Assembly: GCF_037042905.1 (NCBI RefSeq)
Contig: NC_087245.1
Location: forward strand, 13,084,001 to 13,148,000
From: Lytechinus pictus
Taxonomy: Eukaryota
Reading direction: 5' to 3'
DNA: 64,000 nucleotides
Numbering within the stretch: position 1 is the first letter of the stretch; the number at the start of each line of letters is the position of its first letter. Shown here one piece after another: positions 41,601-53,787 of this stretch. A model generated the notes under the pieces. It was not told the origin of the DNA and ran no database searches. It saw only the letters and a list, made by a program, of their open reading frames with translations. A program made the position numbers and the translations under genes.

Positions 41601-44600
41601 AATTTTATTTCATGGGAGGAGGGTTTTAAGTGAACTTGAAAGCAAATTAAGATATACACACATAAAAATCCCCTTAACCCTCATAATAATATCCATGTAT
41701 ATCATTCCTATTGTTATCATTATGGTCACATAATCGGCAATAGAATTATTCAATTTCCTCGAGTAAACTGATTTACATGTAGATGTTACATGTAAAATAA
41801 TACACAATTTTATTGTATGGATAGTGCCTACACAAAATCAATATCCACCCCAAAGAAATGCGATAAAGAGGGGTTTTTATACTATATATAGGCCTATTGA
41901 ATAGCCATTTATATAGATAAAATGGATATACATACATGCTAAAATAACCTTCGAACCATTGATAATTACTGCTTCTGTATTATACTTACTATACTCGGTA
42001 TATCTGGTATATTTTCATATTTCCTTTTATTTAATGAGAATTATGGAATAAAACTTTGAAACTATATATCAAACGGAGAAAAGAAGAGTATGTGCCACTA
42101 ACGCCCTACAAATACCTATTCAATATTCCCTCCCCCTCCCGAAATATGTACATTGTCCCCATTTTACCCATAATAGTGTAAATTATTTTCAATCAACCTT
42201 GTTATTGTGTATTATGTCCCTTCTGTCCCGTTACCCCTCTCCCCGTTACACCGGAAAAGAATCTGTTGAATATACGCAGGCCACGGCGTCAAAATCCATG
42301 TCAATTTTCCTAATTCGATATGATATGGAGGACAGGCAACCGGCATGCCCTAATAATATATTCTTTCACACCGACTTGAAGCCAAAAAGGAGCTTCTCAA
42401 CTGCACGAAACACGGTGTAATGGCCAAATTACTTACTTATTTTGACGACTTCCGCGCGCTCATAAAACAAGGCGTTGAAATTATGAACATCATAATGTTT
42501 TTCACCATGATAACGCGATTATAATTCTTTCTATTGGCACGATTGGTCTGCCAACTGCTACCATTTTGAGCAGGAGTCTGATACTGCAAGTTCATACCAC
42601 AAACGTGACACAAACGTGACACAAAAGTGTATATAACGCTATTTTTCCAAAAAAAAATCAAAGATAAATACATACTGCGAACTTAAACAATGATAATTTG
42701 TTTAATATTCTTTACATAATTATATTGAGTTTGTTTGACAAAACATTTTGTTTTATATATTTCTGAAGTAGAAAAATATCCATTTAAGTTCTATCATAAT
42801 TCAAATAAAGGAGTAAAATTTGTTCATGTTTTTTTTATAAATATATTTAAGAGAAGATCTTGATATATAACATGAACATAACAATTATAATAAATTACTC
42901 TAAGCATTTAGTTACGAATATAACCACATAGTGAGTTTTAATAATCACTCTATTTCTAAACACTATCGACTGACCAATACGTATATAGGCCTACACTAAC
43001 TCAAGAGTATTGCTAATTAAAACACATTTTGGTTGAATTTGTACCTTTGCTGTAGAGCATAAGCAATTAAAATAAATGTATGAAAATTGGTTTATAGGAA
43101 TATTAAGAGATGATTATAAAAATAATAAAATATATATCTACAAGTATAAATTATGTGTCATTCTTTACTGCACGTATACTGATTGTCCCCCTCCTGATAT
43201 TCGACTTAGATGAAATTAGTTAAAAACAGACTGATCCAGTTGAAAATGACCCACTTCGTTCGGCAAATGACCGAATTGTGACAAGAATAGAATCTATATT
43301 ATTTTTGTATCATAACTGTCTAATCAGAGGGGTATGGGATTTCATATATGAGTGCAGACGAAAAATTGGTACAAAATAATGTTTGTGCTTTCTGAAAATG
43401 AAACAATAGTATAATTTGGTGATATAATCATCATACTTCACTTGCTTTTATTAAAGATAATTGATATTTTTTTCTAATAACATTCCATGTACATGATATA
43501 TGAATGTATGATATCATATTATACAAGCTCTTTATTTCAAAAGATAATGTAATCACTTTTGTAAGAAATGCTATGTTCTGTGAACTACAATGTGAATCGA
43601 AAGTTTATTCAACAAGGGGACAGTGACAAATATAGTTATCAATTCTTAGCATCTCTGAAGTATCCTATTCCAACCCGCCTTGGATTCATTAGAAGCAGGA
43701 AAGGGGCAAAACTTGTAAATCGGAAAAGAAAAATTGTCATATTTCCTATTCTTCAATCATATCTTTATTGTCGTGAATTGATTGAATTGCCATGCCTAGA
43801 CGTGTGAAAGAGAAGTCATGTGGTTTGTGTAAGGAACAGACGTTTAAATTGACTAAAACATATCATCTTTGGTGTTTAGGGGTTGTACCTTACAAAGAGG
43901 TGTTCTTGAACATAATTTATACATGATAATCTATGATAATGATTCCCATATCAAAACTTGTTTTTATCCAGTATTTTTTCGTTTCTTGATTCACGTTTGA
44001 TCATACAATCTTGTTTATTCTTTCTTTGCATTTTAAATGTTTTTATTTAATATCAAATTCAAATAAATGTAAAGCGTAAACATTAAAGTTCAGTATATCA
44101 ACGTTTTTGGACTCTCTGGAAATATTACATCATAATTTGGGGGCTTGAACAATTGAATCAATTAACATGATTAAGAAGAGTGTGAAGATGACAACAATAT
44201 CCACTTTCTGGATTCCCATACTCATGATACTAGAAAATTGTTATTTATTCGCTTTTTCTATAAAATTTCACTACAGATATGTTTACATCTCCCTAAAAGA
44301 AGGATGACCTAACAATCGAAAATTAAAGTAAAACAGAGAAAAGATAAATCTATCAATATGTACCCAATATGGCAAATATTGTATAAACCATGTTCAATAA
44401 AATGATGTTTACATGATAGCTAAACGTCGTTTTAGCCAAAGTACAATGACCTTATCTGATTTTGAAGAGAACATGAATTATTGAATTCTAAGAGATTATA
44501 TTGGGTTCCTTATAATGTATATTTTAAGTAACATTCAAATCATACGGGGTCTACATAAAATGCTTTGATATTATGTCAGAATCGTTATATAATTATATTG

Positions 44601-46764
44601 TCATTTTGGGAAAAAAACACGGAACCAGTTAGATTCCTGTATTGGATTCTTTAACAGATGTTTCTGACAAACGCCCACGAATACATAATACAGCGTTTTA
44701 TTGAATCAACGTTTAATTGTGTTCACTTGTTAATCTGTCCATCGTTTGACTTACATATTTAGTTGAATTATATAATCAAGAAAATTTTGCATTAAAATCA
44801 CTAAATCGACATTAGAAAAACCAAGTGATATTCCAAAAATTGTATTGGTAGATTTCCCCTTCTTGTTGAAATAAGTGATGTTCCTTGAACCAACGTGAAA
44901 TGTGATTTAACAGCATTTATTCAAATTAAGTTACTCGTCATCCGTTTCGAATGCTCATAAATTTTAAGTATCTCTTTTCGGGATTATTATCGTTGTGCAT
45001 AATTGTCCTTGAAAACCCTTAAGCCTGTCTATTTCAAGCTCATTCCAATTTAAATATTATCCTCGTTGCGATAATTAAGAAAGGTCCATCATTTTAAACA
45101 ATACTTCACATGGGCTTTGCCTTTCTTGTATTCTCTGTAAGTTTGATTTTGGATGAAAGAGATGATTAAGGCTATGCTGATATATCTGGCACGGTTCATA
45201 CATACAAGTCTTTATGGATTAAATGTTAGTTCCCCAGAAAGTTTAGTAGTGCCGGAAAGAACAAGTGTTCGGTGGTAGTGTCGTGTTTACCTCAGCTGCT
45301 TGGAATTATTCGTCGATGTTATGAGGTTATGACAGGTAGCAGTCAACACGTATTGTAATGAGGTATCTTTTTGCACTCTTTTATGAGCTCATCGCCTAAA
45401 ACACACGTGTTCATAGACCAGTCAACTTCCGTACACTGTTGGCAAGCTATAATTATTATCCGTAAACGAGCTGCAATGCAAAAATGCATGTCGTTGGCAC
45501 CTATACGAACATGCATGCACGAACATAACTTCTAAGCCTATATTAAAGAATAATATACTAACATCTGAAATGAAATTTGTTCGTCTGATTGAAATAAATC
45601 AATATCACTGCCATACTTTGATATCATATTCAGCACACTGTATCTGATGACAACAATCATCCCATATTTTATTATGTTCTCAACGCATTATTCAAAGCAG
45701 CAATCATGTACATAATATTAGGCAGATGACTTCACCTTAATTGAAACGAATGTTTGGTTCCAATAAAGCACTTCGAAGTGAATGTAATTAAGGAATATAT
45801 GCTATTATGACTCCATGAAATGATAACAAAACAGAGTTTGATTACATCTCAAACTGAGTTTTAGTTAAGTTTTTGGAAATGTGAACTATATATATTGCAC
45901 CTTTCATAGATACAAGTAACTCCCCATTTATTTCGTCTAGTTTCAAATAAGTCTCTCTCAAGCTTCATACTTTTCTTATGAAGTTTCCTCGTATAGGTGA
46001 TATATTGAAAGACTGAAAGCAGATACAATAGTGGCTTTCAACGATTACTTTATTCGAACAGGAAGACACGGAATGCATGGCATTGAAGAAAGGAGTATCG
46101 TGTAGATAGGGTCAATTAATGTCTAGAAAACCTCCCCAATCTTTGGCGCCATAATAGTGTGGGCCTCTTATACCTATGCTGGTTAACATGACTTGTAATT
46201 TTCCTTTCATTTATTTAGGCTTGATTATAATTTAGTACTGCATGCAATCATAAACTTTACATAGTTTATTGGTATTTGATATCTATATATCTACATGTAC
46301 ATTTACCTTTCAAACCAAGTGGGACATGTTTGACTGAAATGATTGTCATTGAAATAAATTACAGCAGTTTGCTGTAACGATCCGTCCATAAAGCTAAAGC
46401 CGGGGTAATAATATTCAAGTCCTTTGGAAGTGCATAGAGACGTTATATTCATAATGTGGATATGCGCTATACAAGAAATGTTTATTATTATTATTAAATA
46501 TCGGATACTTTTTTTCTTCAAGAATTCAACGAGGCATCAGTTCGAGTTTCACAAATATAAATGATAAATCATTTAAACTAACACGAGAGACAAATGTTTA
46601 TGTAGGTGATATTATATTATCTGCCTTTTCATGGTGTAACGTGAATTATCGTTTGATATTGCACACGCGGAGACGCAAGCTTTAAGCGTAAATCCATTAA
46701 CGGTTTACAAGACAATTGCCGGTGATGCTGAGAACGAATTAGAAACAATCGAGGGATAACTTAC

Positions 46765-46856
46765 CACCATTTTGTACTAGATGCCGCTGTTGTCTTCTTA
46801 GCGAGTAAGCTGGCAGTTGGAATGAAGAAAAACGCTACAAACCACTCAAGTTTCAT
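46765..46856 (-). CDS. Wnt1: Wnt1 coding exon 1 (signal peptide)
   Basis: Hand translation gives MKLEWFVAFFFIPTASLLAKKTTAASSTKW-TG, followed by a canonical gtaagt donor (46764 downward). It has a hydrophobic N-terminus. The phase-2 end completes the WW motif with the single leading G of exon 2, matching the typical Wnt1 exon 1/2 junction. The exon is 92 nt. Confidence 0.88.
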
Positions 46857-46870
46857 CTCAATATTCTCAT
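46853..46870 (-). other. Upstream micro-ORF MRILR* overlapping the Wnt1 ATG
   Basis: The minus strand reads ATG AGA ATA TTG AGA TGA. The TGA overlaps the main ATG (ATGA). Confidence 0.6.
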
Positions 46871-47819
46871 CTAAACTAACTCCAAGAAAAAAGTGTAAAG
46901 TGTAACAAAAGAATGTAAGAATCCGGCAAAACACGAAGATGAATTGAAGCGTATTTCCAACCTTGTCTAGCTAGCCCCCTCAGGGGTACTGTGCCGTCAA
47001 GTAAGGTTTATAAACTCGGTCCTTCTCCTCCTTCTAATCCTCAAGCTGATATTAGCAATCCTCCAAAATGAAAAATAGAATATCCTCAGTTTCGGTCTTC
47101 AATTCGAATAGAAGTATGTTACGTCCAGTAGAATCTTGTCATTTCCTCAGGTTGATTTGGGCATATGGAGAGACTGCTGTAGGTATCCAAGAATTCAAGA
47201 TGCTCATTCTCTTCCTCTATATATCCTAGATAGGTTGACGATTCATCCCGATGAAGGTACTTCTTTAGTTGCCTAGCAATATTGTGGCAATCCTTCTTGC
47301 GGGTTATGACACAAATGCCAACAGATGAAAATGTTGCTTAGAAATAAAGGGCACCGGGTAGATTGAATTCCGTTACCGCGAGTATTTAGCTTGGCAGAAC
47401 AACTGGATATTGCACCAAACTAACTCCCACTTCTTACTCAATCATGTCCGGAACCTGTTTCAGTATTCAACGTGCTGAGGCCAGACGGAACAGCAATCTT
47501 TCCTTTTCATGACCATGAGAAGTTATTGATCAAATTATAAAATGATACGAAGAGAGAGAGACAACGGAAAATCCGCCAATAAGACAAACGAAAATACAAA
47601 AAAGCCAAACTTTCCTGTCTTCGTTCATATAACTAAATGAGCAAACAATTTTTGACGGACGGAGACAACAAAAATAAAAAGTGACAGTTTCGAAGTTACA
47701 GAATCCAGATACCGCTGAGAGGCGGGGATGGTGAGGTTTGTTCTCAGCTATTTGCTGTGGATTAACTAAACTCTAGGTGAGATTAATGACCCAGTATTTA
47801 CTGTCTATCGATACGTATT

Positions 47820-48070
47820 AGAGTATGATGCCTGTTTGATACACCCGGTCACTTTGTCGTGGTCGCTTATAGCTTTTGGGGCTATTGATACAGTTTTAAC
47901 GGTGCGAAACAATAGCTTACAAACCGCGCGCCGCATTCACGTCGACAGCAGTGTAGTAATTGGTCAACTTCTCGCCCAATCAAAAGCTTCCATTTTTCTT
48001 TGCCTTCTCAAAAGCCGGGTCGAGCATGTACTTATCGTTCCACTCCTGACACGTCCCGTGGGAAATTGCG
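47820..48070 (-). promoter_or_regulatory. Putative Wnt1 core/proximal promoter
   Basis: Locally CpG-rich. It has TATAAG on the minus strand (47866-47871), an Inr-like TCATACT near 47823-47829, CCAAT boxes near 47960-47980 and CGTGGGAA at 48057-48064. This implies a roughly 1 kb 5' leader. No transcript data are available. Confidence 0.4.
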
Positions 48071-49424
48071 CATCTTCTTTACAAAGTTTTGTCTCTCTTT
48101 TCTTTTCCTTTTCTTTTCTCTCTTCTGTCTATTTCATTTTCAATGTTCTAATCGCTTAAGACTTGTAAGAAACTCTGCCTCGACCTTATAATGAAATAAA
48201 TGGACTGAAGTGTTAAGTTTTAAATCAAGATCGCGCAAGTTCACACGATCATACAATAGAATGGCTTTGTTTGTGTTGAAACTTGAAACAATTTTTAATC
48301 AACTTTGATATTTTTTCTGTCCAACTTTCAGTACACACCGTTTGATACTGCCCTGTTTTTTAGCAGTTACTTTTATCATGATATACCAGTAGTAGGCTTA
48401 AGTAGAGTATTTGTCAAAATATATTTTTGTTTACTGTTTACATTGTTAAAGGGTTTGGACAGTATGTCATTTTGATTCACACAGTTTAGATGACAATCAC
48501 AGTGTCAGTTTATCAGGAAAGAATACAATTTATCACTATGGAATTGATTATATCTAATGCCAAGGACACGAGGCTAACACAATTATATCTTGTATCTTAT
48601 TATTTCAATAATATCATAAAATTTGAAGCCAATTAGTGTTCAATCGTTAGATTCTGTTGATGAAAAGAGTTAATCAAGTATTTCTGACCGGCTTTCGAAA
48701 TTTTGGAAGTCAGTGGCTTTATTCAAGCGGCATAATTATTGAGCACATATCACATTTCTGGGCATCGAATTTGTCCACGTCCACTATATTCATTTTGTGA
48801 AAGTTTTCTTTCTCTAAAAGGAACATAACATATACAAATTCATGGGCCGAAATTTCAGATTATGTACAATAAGGAGGAGAGCACTCGTGTCTGTTGCAGG
48901 TAGAATTATCTTTCTAAAATAATTTGAGGTTTGTAGAATTTATTCGATAAAAATCATTATAGTTAACGAATAATCAAACACAGGAACTACAGTAGATGTA
49001 ACAATGCCAAACGCAGGTCACAAATACGTGATTCTGGTTAGTTTAAACTCAAGTTATGATTATTTTTGTTTATTTGTGTTTGTTTGATAGTTCTTTCAAG
49101 TGGCCTAAACTTTAAACCACAGAACATTTTTAAAAGTAAATTGATATTATACATGTAGGTCAATGTAGATCGAATTAAGTTCAAAATGACGAACACAATA
49201 AATTAATTTCATATAAGTTGCAAGTTCCAAAAAAAAATCTGCCAATCTGGAACCTTTCTTGAGAAATAAATGAATTGCTTAAATCCAATCTATATCTGAG
49301 ATTGATCTCAAATAAGAAATTTAATAGATCTCAAGTTAAACTTGATTTGATATGATCGCAGCTTGGGAATCATTGCATAAAAAAGTTACAGTGCCTTATA
49401 ATTGGTCACTATTATAGTTCCTTA

Positions 49425-49633
49425 CAGTGGCATAATGAGCCCCGAAACTTAGGGGGACAGACATGGCTAATGAGCGAAGCCAGAAAGAAAAGTTTTTTAC
49501 ATGATATAATATTTCACCCTTTTCCCTTTTTTCTTCTTTTTTCTTAGCCGTGATATTTTTATTTTGATTATTATTTTTTTTTTTTTGGGGGGGGGGGGGG
49601 TCCATGGCCCCTCCCCCTTTGTGCGCTATAGTG
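49425..49633. mobile_element. hAT-like MITE with 8-bp TSD
   Basis: Starts cagtggcata and has a poly-G/C interior. The flanks gttcctta / gttcctga are 7/8 identical. Confidence 0.72.
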
Positions 49634-50754
49634 GTTCCTGACATTATTATTACTTCATTGCGATAACTTTCGATAGCAACTATTCCATCGTGTAATTTGA
49701 TTTTGATTGGCTATGAAGCTTGTTACCATGGTAGGTACTTTTAATAACAAATGAAACTTAATAGTAATATCTGTGCAACGGTGTCCTTTGCAAATAGCGT
49801 AAAGAGGCAAACAAGAGGGAGTTTCGTTTTAGATAAGGTGCAGTATTTTGAAGGGGAATTTGAAAGTGAGCTAACCAAGTGAGCATCACAATCGATATTT
49901 TTGGTAAAATTTGGTGTGTAAAATAAATCAAAGCGACCAGATATTACAGGAAGCTCGATTAAAACTGATGTTGAAAAAAAAAATACAATCGATAAACTAC
50001 ATAATAATGTGTATTTTGATTTGAGAGAATACAATAAAAACATCCTTAAAACAATAAAATATATTTTTTTTTAATTTTGGCAACAGCATACCCCCACACA
50101 CATCATAGTTCTGTCATTATCAATTCCAAAGTGTGATGTTCAAAATTCAACACAAAACTGAACAATATCACCCTTTTTTATTGAAATTGGGCAGCAGCCC
50201 CCATCCCCGACGCACAGCCAAATATTCCAGTGGGTCCTGATATGTCCTATAATTTCCACCACATGATTTACTCGTTATCAATGTCTGATAGAATGAAACA
50301 AATTATCGAAGTACATTATTCAAAAGTGGAAACACTTCTTAGAAGAGTCTATTCTCTTGTAGCTTGGGAAGCATTGTTAGTGGGTTCATTGTTCTGGTGA
50401 GTTTTGCCTTCTCATCGTGGTGAGTTTTATGAGAATGATATTTCATGTTTCCTATGTTACATCACGTGGGAGACGATGGAGTTGACTCAATTACCTGACG
50501 GGAAAAATGGCGCGAAAAAGAAGATGATTCTGAGCCACAACTAGAAACGTCATAAACAAGGGGCGGGGCCGAAGTATTTTGATAGGGGGCAACATTTTTT
50601 TCCTTCAGTGTAATAACGGGTAATCTATTAGAGTTGAACAAACCAGATTCCTATTCGATAATCTTCTTTATTCTGTTTCCCCTTTTCTTTCTGTTTTTTC
50701 TTAGTTTTTTTACTACTTCAAACCTGATCAACACCCATGCCCCCCCCCCCCTGT

Positions 50755-50882
50755 CATGGCCCTAGGAAGCGGGTGTGCTGAAGATCAAAATGACCTTCAT
50801 TTTCTTTATTGCAAACTTTTTGGGGGCTTGTCAAATTTAAACCAGCACCCCCTATTTAAAAAAAATCGTTCCAAGGGCCCTA
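50755..50882. mobile_element. hAT-like MITE (same family as 59362-59612)
   Basis: catggccctaggaagcggg ... cagcacccc...aaaatcgttccaagggcccta. The flanks ccccctgt / caccgtgt match at 6/8. It sits inside another G/C-tract repeat (about 50560-50910). Confidence 0.68.
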
Positions 50883-52007
50883 CACCGTGTAGCCCCCCCC
50901 CCCTGTGCATAAATCTCTTGACATTCTAGATGATTATTGTATTTTATTCTTTTGTCTCTAGAATGAAAATGCATTTGTTGCATCATCATCATGATCATTA
51001 GATTCTTTATGAATTTTACGCTATGTGTGGTTACGTGAAATCTGTCTAAACGGTAAAAATTGAATTTTCAAGACTAAGAAACTCTTATGACATGTTTCCA
51101 TGCCTCTGTATCTATTCCTTTTTTGTTTTTGTTTTTTAATCAACGCATACTCAAAGATAATAGAGGACTATTCTAAATTAATTTGTCCTAAAAACATAAT
51201 CAGTTGTCATGATTAATTCACTATTAGAAAATAGTAAGCACGTTTTCAAATGTTACATACACTTTTCCTGTGTCAAAAGAAAACTGCATTTATGTATTTA
51301 TTTATAAATTAATTCATCTATTATGTTGAATCTTGTATGATCAATATTTTATCTTGATTTGATTATTTCGTTCTACATTCAGTGTGCACTATTTTCATTA
51401 CAAAAACAAAACATGGTTATCATATTTTCAGAACTGATTATCATTATTCCGACAAAGGAAATAATGAACTGTAAAATTGTGATAATATTTAGAGGAAAGA
51501 ATATAATGTGACTACTATTAATACAATACTTTGAACAATGGTCATTTTAACCAGTTTTTCATGCACGTGTTTATGCTGAATGTAGATGAAAAAGATTTAA
51601 CGAAAGAAATAGTGCTGCATCATCGAGGGTCTTGTTCCATCAACGTCCTACTTTTTTATATTTTTCCTGCCCGATTTCTTCAAATTTGTGTGAGGTCGTA
51701 AAATGCTATACACTAGACAATTTGACTCTTCCTGAAGAAAATAAGACATGACACAGTTTATAAGTCTTGTCTATGTTGTGATGATGTCACATTATCGATG
51801 TACTGATCTTATCTCGTGATTTGGTTCGTTATAAAGCGTAGTTTTAATTATCGGCTTCAATCAGAATATTTAAGGTCAATTTATGGGACTTTTTTAAAAA
51901 GTATTTATCGCATTGCCATCCTTATAAATATCCTCTTATATCATAAAAACCATCGTCGTCATCACAATCACGGTCATCGTTAGAAAAGTAACTTCAACAA
52001 TTATCCT

Positions 52008-52078
52008 AACCATCATCATCACCACCACCACCACCACCACCACCATCATCATCGTCATCATCATTATCATTATCATCG
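52008..52078. repeat. (CAC)n/(CAT)n microsatellite
   Basis: Visible triplet run. Confidence 0.85.
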
Positions 52079-53596
52079 GCAACATGCTCATCACTATAAC
52101 CAACATGTTCAACAAATCATTGTTTTTCTTTTTAAAAGTTTTGTTTGAGATTGTAGTTCATTTTCAAGCCATTTACAAGGGCGGACATCTTTTCTGAAAT
52201 AATTTTTAACCAAAATATTGTAATGTTCAAATAATTGTCCTAACTGTTTAATAAAATATATAAATGTAACTTAATCGCTTCCTGTCATGTGTGTCTTAAG
52301 GCATATGATTTCAAGAGCTAACTTGTAATTTGTACTGTGTCCTATACTACGCTGCAATGAATAAAGACCGTAAACATGCACGCCTTTCCAGAAAATTAGT
52401 TCTTAGCTGTTGTCCTTTTCTTATTGATCCAACGTTTTATATCAAAAGGAAGTGACGATTACGTATCAAAAGACATTGACACCTTATTTAGGCAGTAACA
52501 GTAGAGAATGTTTCAAAAGAACTTCTCTTTGTAGTTCTTTTTTTATTCTTCGGCGCATTTCCGTTTCTCATTACATGTCACGTTGGACAATCCGCGGTTT
52601 GTTTTAAGTGTTTCAAAGATCATAACAAATCAATGTAAATTCTGGTATGATTTGAATTCTCAACATTCTGCTTATTTCACTCTTTAGGGTTAAAATGTGA
52701 ATTTGTTTAGTTGTAATTGAAGGTTTTTTTTCTACTAATAAAACTGAGAATTATGATCTGGCACCCAACAAAGGTTGAGTAAAAAATCACCCAATATTGA
52801 GTAAAAAATAATGTTATAGGAGTGAAATATTAGGTGACAAAAAATGCTTTGATAGGGACAAATTTCACACAACGTATGTTTAACAGGATTTACCCAAGAA
52901 CCTGCTATTTGTAATATTTGGTAAATGTATTCTGATATTGTGTTAATAGACTCGAGGGTTCCTGTTCAATTTGAGTTAAAGATTGAAAAGAACGACAATG
53001 GGAAATGATTATCATACATTCTGAATGAAAACAAATGATGGAAAATCTAAGATGCAATTTGCAATGTGCATCTTTGATTATTCATGAACAATCGAAACAT
53101 TAATGGTAGTTCCAGGATTATTTTCCATTATAATTGCAATGGCTGGGATGCTTAAAATTGATAAGGCTGACAACGACCATTAAATATCTTAATTTTTATT
53201 TTTCATGAGCACTACATTTCAGGCTGGCTAATGTCGGGTATTAAGTTATAGTGGCGCGCCAGATAAGTCAATTTTAACGGACATTAAGGTACTATTTTAT
53301 GTAGGCATAATTTATATCCCCATTTTGTCATTTCTTCTGCATAATTAATAATTTTAGTGTAATGGTTCTAAAATAACTAGTTATATTGCAGGCATGAATC
53401 GTTTATTGCTAACACTGTTCATTATATATAGTGTAAAACATTTTCCGTGTATTGGACAGAAGAATGAAAAACAAAATGAATGCAAAGCAACTTTTCATTC
53501 GTTAATACAAGGATGGAAATCGTTTTAAAGAAACGAAGAATACATGTAAGATACTATAGATTGAGTCCTAGCGAAAGTAACATACGGTACCACTTA

Positions 53597-53787
53597 CACT
53601 GAAAAAAAAAAGTTTACCCATTATCTCGTGGAGAGGGAACACGCATATATGCATTTTGGAAAATAATGCAAAATCTTATGTGAATATTACCCCCAAAATA
53701 TGATTTTTATCTAATACTTGAACTAGATAACCATGCATATTCAATTTTTATCAAATTGCTTGTTTTCCTGAACTTTTTTTTACAATG
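53597..53787. mobile_element. Degenerate CACT-ended MITE
   Basis: cactgaaaaaaa...tttaccca start and ttttttacaatg end. The interior resembles the element at 6982-7194. Confidence 0.4.

Noticed and set aside
14000..46000. Scattered TCF/LEF motifs (ctttgww) across the introns
   Set aside because: Their frequency looks compatible with AT-rich background and they are not obviously clustered.
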